In this document: one piece after another, positions 16,835 to 27,929 of the stretch
Layout: every line of letters starts with the position of its first letter
Position numbering within the stretch: the first letter of the stretch is position 1
From: Synechococcus sp. UW140
Lineage (GTDB): Bacteria; Cyanobacteriota; Cyanobacteriia; PCC-6307; Cyanobiaceae
Length of the DNA stretch: 64,000 nt
Assembly: GCA_945861595.1 (NCBI GenBank)
Contig: CAMAVE010000002.1
Coordinates: 8,946-72,945, forward strand
Reading direction: 5' to 3'
Translations under genes and position numbers: made by a program
Notes under the pieces: generated by a model
The model's input: the letters and a program-made list of their open reading frames with translations, nothing else
Database searches by the model: none
Told to the model about the DNA's origin: nothing

Positions 16835-18014
16835 GCGCCTGGCCCGGTTGGGCAGTGGCGTCTTTGCCCGCAACGACCAGCGCAAACTGACCTACCGCCA
16901 GCGGGCAGCCGAGCAGGGACTGGCGCCCCTGCTGGATCTGTCGCTCGGTTCCACCGACCTGCAGCCCCCGCCCGCGGCGATTGCGGCCATGGCGGCCGCC
17001 CTGCAGCAACCCGAAAGCGCCTCCTACTGCCTCCATGGCGCCACCAGGCCCTTCCGCGATGCCGTGGCCGCCTGGGCCCAGCGCCGTTTTGGTGTGGCAG
17101 TGGATGCCCAAAGGGAAGTGTTGCTGCTGGTGGGATCCCAGGAGGGCACCGCCCATCTTCCCCTAGCCGTGCTCAATCCGGGCGATCGGGCCCTGCTGCT
17201 CGATCCCTACTACCCCTCCCACCTGGGCGGGCTGCATCTGGCCTCGGCCGACCCCCAGTTCCTACGCCTCAGCGCCGATCAAGGCTTCCGTCCCGATTTC
17301 GACCAGCTCTCGGACAGCCAGTGGGATGCCCTGAAGCTGATGGTGCTGGGCTTCCCCCACAACCCCACCGCCACGGTGGGCCAGCAGGACTGGCTGGATC
17401 AGGCGGCCGACCGGGCCCGGCGCCATGGGGTGGTCTTCGCCCACGACAACCCCTATGTCGATCTCGCCCTGGAAGGGGAGGCCCCGGCCCTGCTGCGCAA
17501 TCCCCTCTGGCGCCAAGTAGGGATTGAATTCTTTTCCTTCTCGAAGAGTTGGTGCCTGGGGGGCTACCGGCTCGCCTTTGCGATCGGCGCCGAGGAGCTG
17601 ATCACGGCCCTGCGCCAGCTCAAGGGGGTGGTGGATTTCAACCAGTCCCTGGCCCTGCAGGCCGGCGCCATTGCCGCCCTCGAGCAGGCGCCTGATTGGC
17701 CCGCCCGCCTTTGCGGCACCTACCGGGAGCGCCGCGATTCCATGCTGGCGGCCCTGGCGGCGGAGGGATGGCCGGTGCAGACGCCCTCGATGGCCCTCTA
17801 CCTCTGGCTGGCCTTGCCCGAGGCGGCCGCCCGCCGCGGACTCCATGCCGAGGCGGCCTGCGCCGAGCTACTGGAGCGCAGTGGGGTCTGCCTCACCCCG
17901 GGCAGCGGCTTTGGCGCCGGCGGCGAGGGCTGGGCCCGCCTGGCCCTGGTCCATCCCAGCGCCGAGCTGGTGGCCGGCGCCCGCCGCATGGGCAGCTGGC
18001 TGAAGCAGCTTTGA
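16821..18014 (+). CDS. Class I/II pyridoxal-phosphate aminotransferase
   Basis: FPHNPTA, FAHDNPY and FSFSKSWCLGGYRLAF (PLP-Lys). ATG 16821 (MPISERLARLGSGVF) overlaps the trxA 3' end by 14 nt. Confidence 0.8.
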   Translation: MPISERLARLGSGVFARNDQRKLTYRQRAAEQGLAPLLDLSLGSTDLQPPPAAIAAMAAALQQPESASYCLHGATRPFRDAVAAWAQRRFGVAVDAQREVLLLVGSQEGTAHLPLAVLNPGDRALLLDPYYPSHLGGLHLASADPQFLRLSADQGFRPDFDQLSDSQWDALKLMVLGFPHNPTATVGQQDWLDQAADRARRHGVVFAHDNPYVDLALEGEAPALLRNPLWRQVGIEFFSFSKSWCLGGYRLAFAIGAEELITALRQLKGVVDFNQSLALQAGAIAALEQAPDWPARLCGTYRERRDSMLAALAAEGWPVQTPSMALYLWLALPEAAARRGLHAEAACAELLERSGVCLTPGSGFGAGGEGWARLALVHPSAELVAGARRMGSWLKQL

Positions 18015-18022
18015 ACGGAGCC

Positions 18023-18847
18023 GTGTCGGCCGCCAGGCGCCGCCTGGCCCATCGTCCTGAACCACACCCCCCGGCGGTCTCGCTGCCCAGCGCCCCCGCA
18101 GGCAGTCCGGCTACGACCCTGCCGCCGCCCCAGCCTTGGAGAATCGAGCGCTTGCGGCACTGCGGCAGCACCGAAACGGAACTGGACCGCCTGCTTCAGG
18201 CGGGGGCATCGCCCCCCCTTGTGGTGCTGGCCGATCGCCAAAGCCGGGGCCAGGGCCAGCAGGGACGCCCCTGGAGTTCTCCCCGCGGCGGAGTTTGGCT
18301 GAGTGCCGCCCTGCCCTGGCCTGAGCAAGCGGAGAGCGCGGCAGCCCTCGGCCTGGCCGTGGCGGTGGGATTGGTGCGGGAACTCGAGTCCCTCGGCCTG
18401 GCCGTGCGGATCAAATGGCCCAACGACCTGCTGATCGGCGATCGCAAGCTGGCGGGGTTGCTGCCGCGGCTACGGCGGCGCGGCTCGACGATCGCCCTGG
18501 CCCGGGTCGGCCTGGGCCTCAATGGCTGGAACCGGGTGCCGCCTGGGGCCATTGGCCTGGCCGAGGCCCTGGCCGCCAGGCCCGGCAACCGCCTGGGGGC
18601 AGCCGGGGCCCGCTGGCTAGCCGATCCCCTACCCCTGGCGGCCCGGGTGCTGCGGGCCCTGGACTGGGCCTGCGCCAGGGCAAACCAGGCCGAGCTGGTG
18701 CGCTGCGAAGCCCAAGCGCGGCTATGGCTACCGGCCACACCCATCGCCCATGAAGGCGAGCTCTGGCAGGCCCAGGGCCTGGGCCTGGACGGCAGCCTGG
18801 TGATCGGCCGGGCCGGCGAGCAGAGGAGCCTGCATCGCCATTTCTAA
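18023..18847 (+). CDS. birA: Biotin--[acetyl-CoA-carboxylase] ligase
   Basis: GRGQQGRPWSSPRGG (the GRGRxGRxW motif) and IKWPNDLLIGDRKLAGLL. The track ORF (17696..) overlaps the preceding gene. In-frame GTG 18023 or TTG 18011 are the plausible starts. Confidence 0.75.
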   Translation: MSAARRRLAHRPEPHPPAVSLPSAPAGSPATTLPPPQPWRIERLRHCGSTETELDRLLQAGASPPLVVLADRQSRGQGQQGRPWSSPRGGVWLSAALPWPEQAESAAALGLAVAVGLVRELESLGLAVRIKWPNDLLIGDRKLAGLLPRLRRRGSTIALARVGLGLNGWNRVPPGAIGLAEALAARPGNRLGAAGARWLADPLPLAARVLRALDWACARANQAELVRCEAQARLWLPATPIAHEGELWQAQGLGLDGSLVIGRAGEQRSLHRHF

Positions 18848-18872
18848 ACTGGTCCGATCGCGATTCGCCCTT

Positions 18873-20021
18873 TTGTCCCCCTTGCCCTGTCCCCGCTGGC
18901 TGCCCCTGGTGGTGGGAGCGGTGCCCCTGCTGGCAGCGGTGCCCCTGGTGGGTAGCAGCCTGGCCTGGGCCCAAGTTGAGGGGCAGCCTGCAGGCGAAGC
19001 CGGCGGCAGCGCAAGCACCAACCGGCCCGCCCCCCCCCTCACCCCCCAGCTGCCGGCGGGGGGGTCCGCGTCCCTAGCCCCCCTGCGCCCCCGCAGCGAC
19101 AGCCTGGCGAGCCCGCCGCCCCGGCGATTTGATGAATCGCTCGACAACCTGGTGCGCCAGGGGGTTGTGACCCCAACGGAACGCAGCCAGCTCCGCCAGG
19201 GGGGTGCCCTGGTGCCGATCGATGTGCCGGCCCAGCAGCAGGCGTGCCGCACCGGCGCCCTTTCCGAGCAGGAGTGCCGAGCTGGCTTTGCCGTGCGCTG
19301 GCGACGCCATGGCCAGAGCGGCCTGGCGGGTGGCTTGGACGGAGGTTTGAACGGTGGCTTGAACGGTGGATTTGGGGAAGGCCTGCTGCCGCCGCCGATC
19401 TCCGTGCCGGTCTCGGCCTTGCTGGCTGGCGGCGAGGGCAGTTTCAGCCTCTCGAGCGTCTTTCGGGTCACCCCCAGGCCCCTGCCCCTGGCCGGCAATG
19501 GGGACCGGCTGATGCTCTTCCCCGTCATCGGCTCGGCGATCACCACGAGCACCTTTGGCTATCGCCTGCACCCGTTGCTGGGCAGCTGGCTGATGCATGC
19601 CGGCCGCGACCTGGCCGCCCCGGAGGGCACCCCCGTGGTGGCGGCCCTCTCCGGGCGGGTGATGGCCAGCGGCACCGCCGGCGGCTATGGCCTGGCCGTG
19701 GAGCTGGAGCACCGGCGCCCCCTGCGCCGCACCCTCTACGGCCACCTCTCGGAGCTTTACGTGCGTGCTGGCGACTGGGTGCGCCAAGGGGAGGTGATCG
19801 GTCGGGTCGGCAGCACGGGCCTCAGTAGCGGGCCCCACCTGCACTTTGAGGTGCGCCAGCCCGCCGATGGCGGCTGGGTGGCGGTGGAACCGGGCGAACT
19901 CGATCCCGGCCGGGGCCTGGCGGGCAGCGATGCCGTGGCCCAGCTGATGGGCCAGTTGCTCCAGAGCCTGGAGCGGCCCAAGGCCCAGGCCAGTGGCCAG
20001 GCCAAAACCAAAGCTGGGTGA
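18873..20021 (+). CDS. M23 family metallopeptidase (secreted)
   Basis: Signal-like N-terminus. HAGRDLAAPEGTPV ... GYGLAVELEH ... TLYGHLS ... GSTGLSSGPHLHFEV are the LytM/M23 zinc motifs. TTG start as listed. Confidence 0.8.
   Translation: MSPLPCPRWLPLVVGAVPLLAAVPLVGSSLAWAQVEGQPAGEAGGSASTNRPAPPLTPQLPAGGSASLAPLRPRSDSLASPPPRRFDESLDNLVRQGVVTPTERSQLRQGGALVPIDVPAQQQACRTGALSEQECRAGFAVRWRRHGQSGLAGGLDGGLNGGLNGGFGEGLLPPPISVPVSALLAGGEGSFSLSSVFRVTPRPLPLAGNGDRLMLFPVIGSAITTSTFGYRLHPLLGSWLMHAGRDLAAPEGTPVVAALSGRVMASGTAGGYGLAVELEHRRPLRRTLYGHLSELYVRAGDWVRQGEVIGRVGSTGLSSGPHLHFEVRQPADGGWVAVEPGELDPGRGLAGSDAVAQLMGQLLQSLERPKAQASGQAKTKAG
19329..19376. repeat. 12-bp tandem repeat (four degenerate copies) inside the M23 peptidase gene
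   Basis: GGTGGCTTGGAC / GGAGGTTTGAAC / GGTGGCTTGAAC / GGTGGATTTGGG, encoding GGLD-GGLN-GGLN-GGFG. Confidence 0.8.
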
Positions 20022-20149
20022 GGGCCTGGCAAGCCGAGCGCCCTAGGGTCAAACCAACCCGCCAGCCCCCCGATCACCCCCAGCAAGCGAGCAAGAACCA
20101 GGCACCTGGAGCGTTGCACCTAGGCCTGGGAGAGGATCATTGGCCGGTC

Positions 20150-20839
20150 TCAGGGCTCGGCGCTATCGCTGAGCAGGCGTCCGTCGTGGAACTGGACCAG
20201 GCGGCTGGCCCGCTCGGCCACCTCGTGTTCGTGGGTGACGATCAGGATTGTCATGCCCTGGTGATGCAGTTCACCAAACAGATCCAGCACCTCCTCGGTG
20301 GTCCGGGAATCGAGGGCGCCGGTGGGTTCATCGGCCAACAGCAGGCCGGGCTGGTTGATGATCGCCCGGGCCACGGCCACCCGCTGCTGCTGGCCGCCAG
20401 AGAGCTGGTTGGGCTTGTTGTTGAGCCGTTGGGCCAGACCAACCCGCTCCAAGGCTGCGATCGCCCGCTGGCGCCTCTCCTCGGCCGGGATGCCGGCGTA
20501 GATCATCGGCAGGATCACGTTGTCGAGGGCGCTCATCTCCGCCAGCAGGTGGAACTGCTGGAAGACAAAGCCCAGCTCCCGGTTGCGCAGATCGGCCAGG
20601 GCGTCATCGGAGAGATCCTGCACGGCCGTGCCATTGAGGTGATAACTGCCGCTGGTGGGGCGATCGAGGCACCCGAGGATATTCATCGCCGTGCTCTTGC
20701 CCGAGCCAGAGGTGCCCATCACCGCCAGATACTCGCCCCGTTGCACCCGCAGGCTGAGGTCGTCGAGCGCAACCACGGCCGTATCGCCGACGCCATAGAC
20801 CTTGCTGATGTGGCGCAGTTCAGCAACGCAATCGTTCAA
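20150..20839 (-). CDS. ABC transporter ATP-binding protein (MacB/LolD-like)
   Basis: Walker [10 protein letters not shown], signature [14 protein letters not shown], Walker [16 protein letters not shown] start as listed. Confidence 0.85.
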   Translation of the reverse strand: MNDCVAELRHISKVYGVGDTAVVALDDLSLRVQRGEYLAVMGTSGSGKSTAMNILGCLDRPTSGSYHLNGTAVQDLSDDALADLRNRELGFVFQQFHLLAEMSALDNVILPMIYAGIPAEERRQRAIAALERVGLAQRLNNKPNQLSGGQQQRVAVARAIINQPGLLLADEPTGALDSRTTEEVLDLFGELHHQGMTILIVTHEHEVAERASRLVQFHDGRLLSDSAEP

Positions 20840-20846
20840 GGGAGGC

Positions 20847-22487
20847 CTAGCTCAAGGGGGTGGCACTGGCCAGGGTGATCGCCCGTTGCAACATCGGTGT
20901 GCCCGTCACCGCGGCGCTGGCCCAGCTGAACACGGGGTTGGAAAGAATGCCACCGACAGCCGTAATCACCACGCAGGTAATCAGGGCGGCTCGCAGGGGC
21001 TGCATCCCTTCAACGGACCAGGTGATCGGCGGATAGGCCTTCACCACATCGGAGGCCTCCTGGGGTTCTTTCACCACCATCATCTTGATCACGGAGATGT
21101 AGTAGTAGATCGACACCACCGAGGTGACCAGGCCGACGACCACAAGCAGATATTGATGATCGGCCCATCCCGCAAAAAACAGATAGATCTTGGCGAAAAA
21201 GCCGAGCATCGGCGGGATGCCGCCGAGGGAAAGCAGGCAAAGGCTCAGACCCAGGGTGATGAGGGGATCCTTTTGATAGAGCCCGGCGTAGTCGGAAATG
21301 CGATCACTACCTGTGCGCAGAGAGAAGAGAATGATGCAGGCGAAGGCCCCCAGGTTCATGAACAGGTAGGCGGCCATGTAGAGCACCATGGCGGCGAATC
21401 CGTCTTCGGTGCCGCAGACCAGTCCGATCATCACGAAGCCCGCCTGGCCGATCGAGCTGTAGGCCAACATCCGCTTCATCGACGTCTGGGCCAGGGCCAC
21501 GATGTTGCCCAGCACCATGCTCAAAATCGCCAGCACGGTGAAGAGCAGCTTCCACTGCTCCTGGAAGCCCTCAAAGCAACCCACCAGGATCCGCAGGGCC
21601 AGGGCAAAACCGGCCGCCTTGGAACCCACTGAAAGGAAAGCAACCACCGGCGTGGGCGAGCCCTCGTAAACGTCAGGAGTCCACTGGTGGAAGGGCACAG
21701 CGGCAATTTTGAAGGCCACCGTGGCCAACACGAACACCAGGGCCAGGGCCGCCACCGGCGTGGCCGAGGTCTGCAGGGCCAGGGCGACGGCATCCAGGTT
21801 GGTGCTGCCACCGGTGAGGCCGTAGAGCAGGGAAGCGCCGTAGAGGAACACGGCCGCCGCGGCCGATCCCACCAATAAATATTTCAAGGACGCTTCCGAG
21901 CTGCGGGCGTCCCGCTTCATGTAGCCGGCCAGGAGGTAGCTGGCCACCGACAGGGTTTCCAGGGAGACGAAGATCGTCACCAGGTCGGTGGAGCCGCAAA
22001 GCACCATGGCGCCCAGGGTGGCGGCCAGCAGGATGGCGGCGTATTCCCCCACCGGCGTGCCGCTGCGCTCCACGTAGCGCCAGCTGATCAGCAGGGAGAG
22101 CAGGGTGGAGGACGCCACAACGCCCCGGAAGGCGATTGAGAGGTTATCGGCCAGGAACGAGCCGAGGAAGGCGGGCTGGAGAGGCGCATTCCACTGCAAC
22201 GCCAGCAGCACTAGGGCGGCGCCCAGGCCCCCATAACAAATGGGAGGCACCCAGCGGCTAGCAGCCTTCTCGCCGGCCAGGTCCACCAATAGACAGGCCA
22301 GCATGGCCACCAGTACGGCCGCCTCCGGGGCAATGGCGCCGGCATTGATCTGCAGGGCCGTGATCGTCGGCAAGGCCGCAGGGCTCGCGCCGGCGGCGGC
22401 AAAGAGGCTGGCCATGGGGAGGGCGTTCGACAAGGCCGTGAGGGCTGGTAGTGCCAGAACCGGATCGAGGGCCGCCTGGAGGGTCAT
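20847..22487 (-). CDS. ndhB: NAD(P)H-quinone oxidoreductase subunit 2 (NDH-1 subunit B)
   Basis: Polytopic protein of about 545 aa with NuoN/NdhB-type motifs ([30 protein letters not shown]). The exact start is uncertain (ATG 22487, or an internal ATG about 25 codons in). Confidence 0.85.
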   Translation of the reverse strand: MTLQAALDPVLALPALTALSNALPMASLFAAAGASPAALPTITALQINAGAIAPEAAVLVAMLACLLVDLAGEKAASRWVPPICYGGLGAALVLLALQWNAPLQPAFLGSFLADNLSIAFRGVVASSTLLSLLISWRYVERSGTPVGEYAAILLAATLGAMVLCGSTDLVTIFVSLETLSVASYLLAGYMKRDARSSEASLKYLLVGSAAAAVFLYGASLLYGLTGGSTNLDAVALALQTSATPVAALALVFVLATVAFKIAAVPFHQWTPDVYEGSPTPVVAFLSVGSKAAGFALALRILVGCFEGFQEQWKLLFTVLAILSMVLGNIVALAQTSMKRMLAYSSIGQAGFVMIGLVCGTEDGFAAMVLYMAAYLFMNLGAFACIILFSLRTGSDRISDYAGLYQKDPLITLGLSLCLLSLGGIPPMLGFFAKIYLFFAGWADHQYLLVVVGLVTSVVSIYYYISVIKMMVVKEPQEASDVVKAYPPITWSVEGMQPLRAALITCVVITAVGGILSNPVFSWASAAVTGTPMLQRAITLASATPLS

Positions 22488-22627
22488 CACTGCTGTAAAG
22501 CCTTACCCGTTGGCGAGACTCTAGCTGTGCCGGTCGATCCCGAGCTTGCTGACTTCAGCACTCCCGCACCGGTTTGAGCAGGCGGTCCGGCGATGCGATA
22601 AAGAGGGAACCGGTTTTTCGCCTGCTC

Positions 22628-25360
22628 GTGGCGCACACGCTGGTCATCGTCGAGAGCCCCACGAAGGCCCGCACCATTCGTGGCTTCCTGCCCAAGGATT
22701 TCCGGGTGGAGGCCTCGATGGGCCATGTGCGTGACCTGCCCAACAATGCCAGTGAGATCCCGGCGGCCCACAAGGGAGAGAAGTGGGCCAACCTCGGCGT
22801 CAACACCGCCAACGACTTCGAACCGCTCTACGTGGTGCCGAAGGACAAGAAAAAGGTGGTCAAGGAGCTGAAAGACGCCCTCAAGGGCGCCGACCGCCTG
22901 CTGCTGGCCACTGACGAAGACCGGGAAGGGGAAAGCATTAGCTGGCACCTGCTGCAGCTGCTGGCCCCCAAGGTGCCGGTGAAGCGGATGGTGTTCCACG
23001 AGATCACCAAGGAGGCGATCGGCCGGGCCCTCGACCAGACCCGGGAGCTCGACATGGAGCTGGTGCATGCCCAGGAAACCCGGCGGATCCTCGATCGCCT
23101 GGTGGGCTACACGCTCTCGCCCCTGCTATGGAAAAAGGTGGCCTGGGGCCTCTCGGCCGGCCGGGTTCAATCGGTGGCGGTCCGGCTGTTGGTGCAGCGG
23201 GAGCGGGCCCGACGGGCCTTCCGCAGCGGCAGCTACTGGGACCTCAAGGCCCAGCTGCACCAGCCCGGTGGCGCCTTTGAGGCCAAGCTCACCCACCTCA
23301 AAGGAGAACGCATCGCCGGCGGCGCCGACTTCGACGAAAACACCGGCGGCCTCAAGGCCGGCAGCAAGGTCAAATTGCTGAGCGAAGCCGAGGCCCGCAG
23401 CCTGCAGGCCGCCGTCCAGGGAGCCCCCTGGCGGGTGGCCGAGGTGGAGGAAAAACCGACGGTTCGCAAGCCCGTGCCGCCCTTCACCACCAGCACCCTC
23501 CAGCAGGAGTCCAACCGCAAACTGCGGCTCTCGGCCCGGGAGACCATGCGCACGGCCCAGGGCCTCTACGAGCGCGGCTTCATCACCTACATGCGCACCG
23601 ACTCGGTGCACCTCTCCGAGCAGGCGATCACCGCGGCCCGCAGCTGTGTCAAAGAGAAATACGGCCAGGAGTTCCTCAGCCCGTCGCCCCGCCAGTTCTC
23701 CACCAAGGCCCGCAACGCCCAGGAGGCCCACGAGGCGATCCGCCCCGCCGGCGAACGCTTCCGCACCCCCAAGGACACGGGCCTCGATGGCAAGGACCTG
23801 GCCCTCTATGAGCTGATCTGGAAGCGCACCGTGGCCAGCCAGATGGCCGATGCCCGCCTCACCATGGTGTCGGTGGAGCTGGAGAGCGCTGAGGCCCGCT
23901 TCCGGGCCTCGGGCAAGCGCATTGACTTTGCCGGCTTCTTCCGCGCCTACGTGGAAGGCAGCGACGATCCCGACGCCGCCCTGGAGGGCCAGGAGGTGTT
24001 GCTGCCGGCCCTGAAGGTGGGGGACAGCCCCAGCTGCAAGGCGGTGGAGGCCCTCGGCCACCAAACCCAGCCCCCAGCCCGCTATAGCGAGGCGGCGTTG
24101 GTGAAGATGCTCGAAAAGGAGGGCATCGGTCGCCCCTCCACCTACGCCTCGATCATCGGCACGATCGTGGATCGGGGCTACGCCACCCTCCAGAACAACT
24201 CCCTCACGCCCAGCTTCACGGCCTTTGCCGTCACGGCCCTCCTGGAGGAGCACTTCCCGGACCTGGTGGACACCAGCTTCACGGCCCGGATGGAGAACAG
24301 CCTCGATGAGATCTCCCACGGCACCGTGCAATGGCTGCCCTATCTCAACAAGTTTTACAAAGGGGATTTGGGCCTAGAAACCCAGGTGCAGCAACGGGAA
24401 GGCGACATTGATCCCACCGCCTCCCGCACGATCGCATTGGAGGGCCTGCCCTGTGTGGTGCGGATCGGCCGCTTCGGCGCCTACCTGGAAACTAAGCGGG
24501 TGGGCGAGGACGGAACCGAGGAGCTGGTGAAGGCCACCCTGCCCGGCGAAATCACACCGGCCGACCTCGATGCCGACAAGGCCGAGCTGATCCTCAAGCA
24601 AAAGGTGGAGGGTCCCGAATCCCTAGGCGAAGACCCGGACACCGGCGAGCAGGTGTACCTGCTCTTCGGCCAGTACGGGCCCTACGTGCAGCTGGGCCAG
24701 GTCAGTGACGAAGTGCCCAAGCCCAAGCGGGCCTCCCTGCCCAAGGGAGCCAAACCGGAAGACCTCAGCCTGGAGGACGCCCTCGGCCTGCTGCGGCTAC
24801 CACGGCTCCTGGGCGAGCACCCCGCGGGCGGCAAGATCCAGGCTGGCCTGGGCCGCTTTGGTCCCTACGTGGTGCACGACAAGGGCAAGGGCGAGAAGGA
24901 CTACCGCTCGCTTAAGGCCGAGGACGACGTGTTGACGGTGGGCCTGGAGCGGGCCGTGGAACTGCTGGCCACCCCCAAGAAGGGCCGCGGCGGCCGCACG
25001 GCCCTCAAGGACCTGGGTGCCCCGGCCGGCTCCGACGAGTCGATCCAGGTGTTCGATGGCCCCTATGGGCTCTACGTGAAGCAGGGCAAGGTGAATGCCT
25101 CCCTGCCGGAAGGCACCACCGCCGACACGATCACCCTGGAGCAGGCGGTGGAGCTCCTGGACGCCAAGGCCGCCACCGGCAAGGCCAAAGCCAAGGCGAC
25201 CCGGGCCGCCAAGTCCAGCGCCGCCAAGGCTTCGGGCACCAAGCCGGCGGCCAAGGCGACCGCTGCTAAGACCCCAGCAGCGAAGAAACCCCCGGCCACC
25301 ACCAAGACCGGTCGGATGCGGGCCAGTGCCGTACGGGTGATCAAACCGGCCAACAGTTGA
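22628..25360 (+). CDS. topA: DNA topoisomerase I
   Basis: [13 protein letters not shown] Toprim N-terminus, [17 protein letters not shown] active-site Tyr region, and a Lys/Ala-rich C-terminal tail. The track start TTG 22574 is probably too long. GTG 22628 gives the standard N-terminus. Confidence 0.9.
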   Translation: MAHTLVIVESPTKARTIRGFLPKDFRVEASMGHVRDLPNNASEIPAAHKGEKWANLGVNTANDFEPLYVVPKDKKKVVKELKDALKGADRLLLATDEDREGESISWHLLQLLAPKVPVKRMVFHEITKEAIGRALDQTRELDMELVHAQETRRILDRLVGYTLSPLLWKKVAWGLSAGRVQSVAVRLLVQRERARRAFRSGSYWDLKAQLHQPGGAFEAKLTHLKGERIAGGADFDENTGGLKAGSKVKLLSEAEARSLQAAVQGAPWRVAEVEEKPTVRKPVPPFTTSTLQQESNRKLRLSARETMRTAQGLYERGFITYMRTDSVHLSEQAITAARSCVKEKYGQEFLSPSPRQFSTKARNAQEAHEAIRPAGERFRTPKDTGLDGKDLALYELIWKRTVASQMADARLTMVSVELESAEARFRASGKRIDFAGFFRAYVEGSDDPDAALEGQEVLLPALKVGDSPSCKAVEALGHQTQPPARYSEAALVKMLEKEGIGRPSTYASIIGTIVDRGYATLQNNSLTPSFTAFAVTALLEEHFPDLVDTSFTARMENSLDEISHGTVQWLPYLNKFYKGDLGLETQVQQREGDIDPTASRTIALEGLPCVVRIGRFGAYLETKRVGEDGTEELVKATLPGEITPADLDADKAELILKQKVEGPESLGEDPDTGEQVYLLFGQYGPYVQLGQVSDEVPKPKRASLPKGAKPEDLSLEDALGLLRLPRLLGEHPAGGKIQAGLGRFGPYVVHDKGKGEKDYRSLKAEDDVLTVGLERAVELLATPKKGRGGRTALKDLGAPAGSDESIQVFDGPYGLYVKQGKVNASLPEGTTADTITLEQAVELLDAKAATGKAKAKATRAAKSSAAKASGTKPAAKATAAKTPAAKKPPATTKTGRMRASAVRVIKPANS

Positions 25361-26070
25361 GGGTGATTGCGGTGCCACGCCTCCGGGCTCCAGATGGGAC
25401 TCGCCTTGCGGCTAAGGCCTTCCCCCCGGGAGCGCCGCTTCTGCCGGGCACCCGCCGCTGCCTCGCCCTGGTCCTGGCGCTAGGCCCCCTGCTGGGGGGC
25501 TGTGCCAACAACCCGATCGCCCGGCAATTAGCCGCCAGCTTCGATACCCCAGCCCCCACGGCAGCCGGGCCCCCAGCGGCCGTTGCGACCAACTCCGCAG
25601 CCCAGGGGCAAGCCGGGGCCAATCCGGCGGCTGGGATCGCCGCAGCCACCCCCCCTGCCCCCCCTTCGGGCAACGCTTCAACTGCCAACCCCAGCCCAAG
25701 CACCCCGGCCAAGCCAGACCCGAAGGGCCCCAGCACCGCCGGCGGCACCGTCGGTGCCATCGCCGGCCCTGGGGCCAAGCCAGGCACCAAGGGCAGCGCC
25801 CAAGGGGGAACCGCCGGCTCCGCAAGCGCCCAAGCCCCAACCAAGCCCCGGGCGGCCGCGCCCACCCCCGCGGCCGCCCCCTACCGGGTCACGCTCAAGC
25901 TCCCCGGCGCCGACCCCTCCGCCCCCGCCGAGGTGGTGACCCGGGCGTTGCGGGCGGCCGGGGTGTCGTTTGAGGTGGAAACGATCGAGCGGATTGGTGC
26001 CGGCAGCGATGGCGCCAACAGCAGCCGTCCCGCCGCCCTGCGCTCCACGCCAGCCCCGGCTATGCGCTAA
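25357..26070 (+). CDS. Pro/Ala-rich putative lipoprotein, hypothetical
   Basis: Lipobox-like [10 protein letters not shown], a long P/A/G-rich low-complexity segment, then a short structured-looking tail YRVTLKLPG...[12 protein letters not shown]. Start uncertain (TTG 25357, or GTG 25363/25372). Confidence 0.4.
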   Translation: MRVIAVPRLRAPDGTRLAAKAFPPGAPLLPGTRRCLALVLALGPLLGGCANNPIARQLAASFDTPAPTAAGPPAAVATNSAAQGQAGANPAAGIAAATPPAPPSGNASTANPSPSTPAKPDPKGPSTAGGTVGAIAGPGAKPGTKGSAQGGTAGSASAQAPTKPRAAAPTPAAAPYRVTLKLPGADPSAPAEVVTRALRAAGVSFEVETIERIGAGSDGANSSRPAALRSTPAPAMR

Positions 26071-26754
26071 TTGCCGATGCCCGTGCCCAAGCCAGGGACG
26101 ACCCCGCCCTATCCCCGCGCCCTCAGCCGCCGGCAGGCCCGCCAGATGATGGACACCGCCTACCTGGCGGCCTCCATGGCCCTGCTTTGGGTGGCCCTCT
26201 ATTACCTGCCCGTCGGCGGCGGGCTGTTCCAACTGGCCCTGCCCCTGCCCCTGGCCCTACTGCAGCTGCGCCAAGGGGGCCGCTCTGGCGCCGAAGGCCT
26301 GCTGGTGGCGGGGCTGCTGCTGGTGGCCCTGATGGGGCCGGTCCGGGGCCCCCTTGTGCTGTTCCCCTATGGCTTGCTAGCCCTCTGGTTGGGCTGGGGC
26401 TGGTCGCGGCGTTGGAGTTGGTGGCTGACCGGCGCGGTGGGCCTTCTGATTGGCGCGGCGGGCTTCCTGGTGCGGGTCCTGGTGCTGTCAGTCCTGCTGG
26501 GCGAAAATCTCTGGGTGCTGATCACCGCCGCCGCGGCCAACGTGCTGGAGTGGCTCAGCGGCCTGGTTCCCCTGGTCGGAGCCCCGGACCTGCCCCAGGT
26601 GCAGCTGATGGCCCTGGGATTGGTGTTGATCCAGAACCTGCTCTATGTGCTGGCCCTCCATGCCGTGGCCTACTGGATCTTTGCCCGCCTGAAGGCGCCG
26701 ATTCCCGAACCACCCGAAGCCCTGCGGGCCCTGGTGGCCCTCGACCCCCTCTAG
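26071..26754 (+). CDS. DUF2232-like polytopic membrane protein
   Basis: MDTAYLAASMALLWVALYYLP...LPLPLALLQLRQGGRSG and 5-6 hydrophobic helices. Start uncertain (TTG 26071, ATG 26077 or ATG 26146). Confidence 0.5.
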   Translation: MPMPVPKPGTTPPYPRALSRRQARQMMDTAYLAASMALLWVALYYLPVGGGLFQLALPLPLALLQLRQGGRSGAEGLLVAGLLLVALMGPVRGPLVLFPYGLLALWLGWGWSRRWSWWLTGAVGLLIGAAGFLVRVLVLSVLLGENLWVLITAAAANVLEWLSGLVPLVGAPDLPQVQLMALGLVLIQNLLYVLALHAVAYWIFARLKAPIPEPPEALRALVALDPL

Positions 26755-26759
26755 GCCCC

Positions 26760-27920
26760 GTGTCGGCCGCCCCCTCCCCTCCCCGGCGCCTCAGTGGTGA
26801 TGCCGCCAGCGCCGGGGCCTGGCTCAGCGCCTGCGCCGCCCATTGGCGCCAAACCACGGTGTTGCTGCTGCTGGCTGGCACCGACACCGCCGCCGTGCCG
26901 GGCATTTCTGCCGCCGGCGCCACGCCCGAATCGCGCCGCTGGACCGCCGCCGCCGATGCCGAACTGCTCCTGCTAGGCCCTGGGGCCAAGCGGCACCACG
27001 CCCTGCCGCCCCTGCCGGCGGGGGTCAGCCCGGCCCTGATCGCCCATCGGGTGGTGAGCGAACTGGGCCTCGATCCCCTGGTGGTGGACCTCGGGGCCTC
27101 CGTGGCTCCGGCCGTGCCCCATCTCCAGCTCGGCCAAACCCCGGCCCGTTGCCTGAGCAGCGGCCAGGCCATGGAGCCGGTCCGGGTGCGGCAGCTGCTG
27201 GCGCTAGGGCAGCGCTGGGGCCGGCTCCTGGCCGCCAAGGCCCCCCAGGAGCCCCTGCTGATCGCCGAATGCGTTCCCGGCGGCACGACCACGGCCCAGG
27301 CGGTGCTCACCGGCCTGGGGCTGGACGTGGTGGGGCTGGTGAGCGGCAGCCTGCTGGAACCCGTTCACGCCCTCAAAACCGAACTCGTGGAGCGGGGCCT
27401 CAGCGCCGCAGGCCTCGCCGGCCCCAGGGGGGCTGGAGGCCCCGGGGCCGATCCATTGGCGGTGTTGGCCGCCGTGGGGGATCCGATGCAGGCCCTGGCG
27501 GCGGGCCTGGTCCTGGGCACGGGCGGGGCGGGGCGACCCGTGCTCCTGGCGGGCGGGTGCCAGATGGCGGCCGTGTGGGCCCTGGCCGTGGCCCTCAGCC
27601 CCCCCGCCAGCCGCCTGGCCCTCGCCCGCCAGGTGGCGATCGGCACCACCGCCTGGGTAGCGGCGGAAGCCAGCAGCGATCTGGCCCTGCTGCTGCAGCG
27701 CCTGGGGGCCCGCTGGCAGGTGGAGCCCCTGGCCTTCGCCGCCAACCTGCGCTTCCAGCAGTGCCGTTCGGCCCGCCTGCGCGATTACGAGGCCGGCTAT
27801 GTGAAGGAGGGCGTGGGGGCCGGCGGCCTGGCCCTGCTCTGGGAACTGAGCGGCCGCAGCCCCGAGGCCCTGGCCCGGGCCTGTGACCAGGCCTGCGACC
27901 AGCTCCTCGGCGACCCCTAG
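26760..27920 (+). CDS. CobT-like protein (nicotinate-nucleotide--dimethylbenzimidazole phosphoribosyltransferase-like, TIGR00303-type)
   Basis: LLLAGTDTAAVPGISAAGATPE ... ECVPGGTTTAQAVL ... YVKEGVGAGG. The first 191 codons of the track ORF (26187..) overlap the DUF2232 gene in another frame. In-frame GTG 26760 follows that gene's stop. Confidence 0.6.
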   Translation: MSAAPSPPRRLSGDAASAGAWLSACAAHWRQTTVLLLLAGTDTAAVPGISAAGATPESRRWTAAADAELLLLGPGAKRHHALPPLPAGVSPALIAHRVVSELGLDPLVVDLGASVAPAVPHLQLGQTPARCLSSGQAMEPVRVRQLLALGQRWGRLLAAKAPQEPLLIAECVPGGTTTAQAVLTGLGLDVVGLVSGSLLEPVHALKTELVERGLSAAGLAGPRGAGGPGADPLAVLAAVGDPMQALAAGLVLGTGGAGRPVLLAGGCQMAAVWALAVALSPPASRLALARQVAIGTTAWVAAEASSDLALLLQRLGARWQVEPLAFAANLRFQQCRSARLRDYEAGYVKEGVGAGGLALLWELSGRSPEALARACDQACDQLLGDP

Positions 27921-27929
27921 GGTTTTGCC

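Noticed and set aside
17696-18022. N-terminal extension of the birA ORF
   Set aside because: It overlaps the 3' third of the aminotransferase gene. BirA motifs begin after nt 18100.
23126-24331. 401-aa ORF on the minus strand
   Set aside because: It is antisense to topA and has no motifs, the same kind of artefact.
26187-26759. N-terminal 191 codons of the 577-aa ORF containing the CobT-like domain
   Set aside because: It overlaps the DUF2232 membrane protein gene in a different frame and is Pro/Arg/Gly-rich. Conserved CobT-like sequence begins only after the in-frame GTG at 26760.
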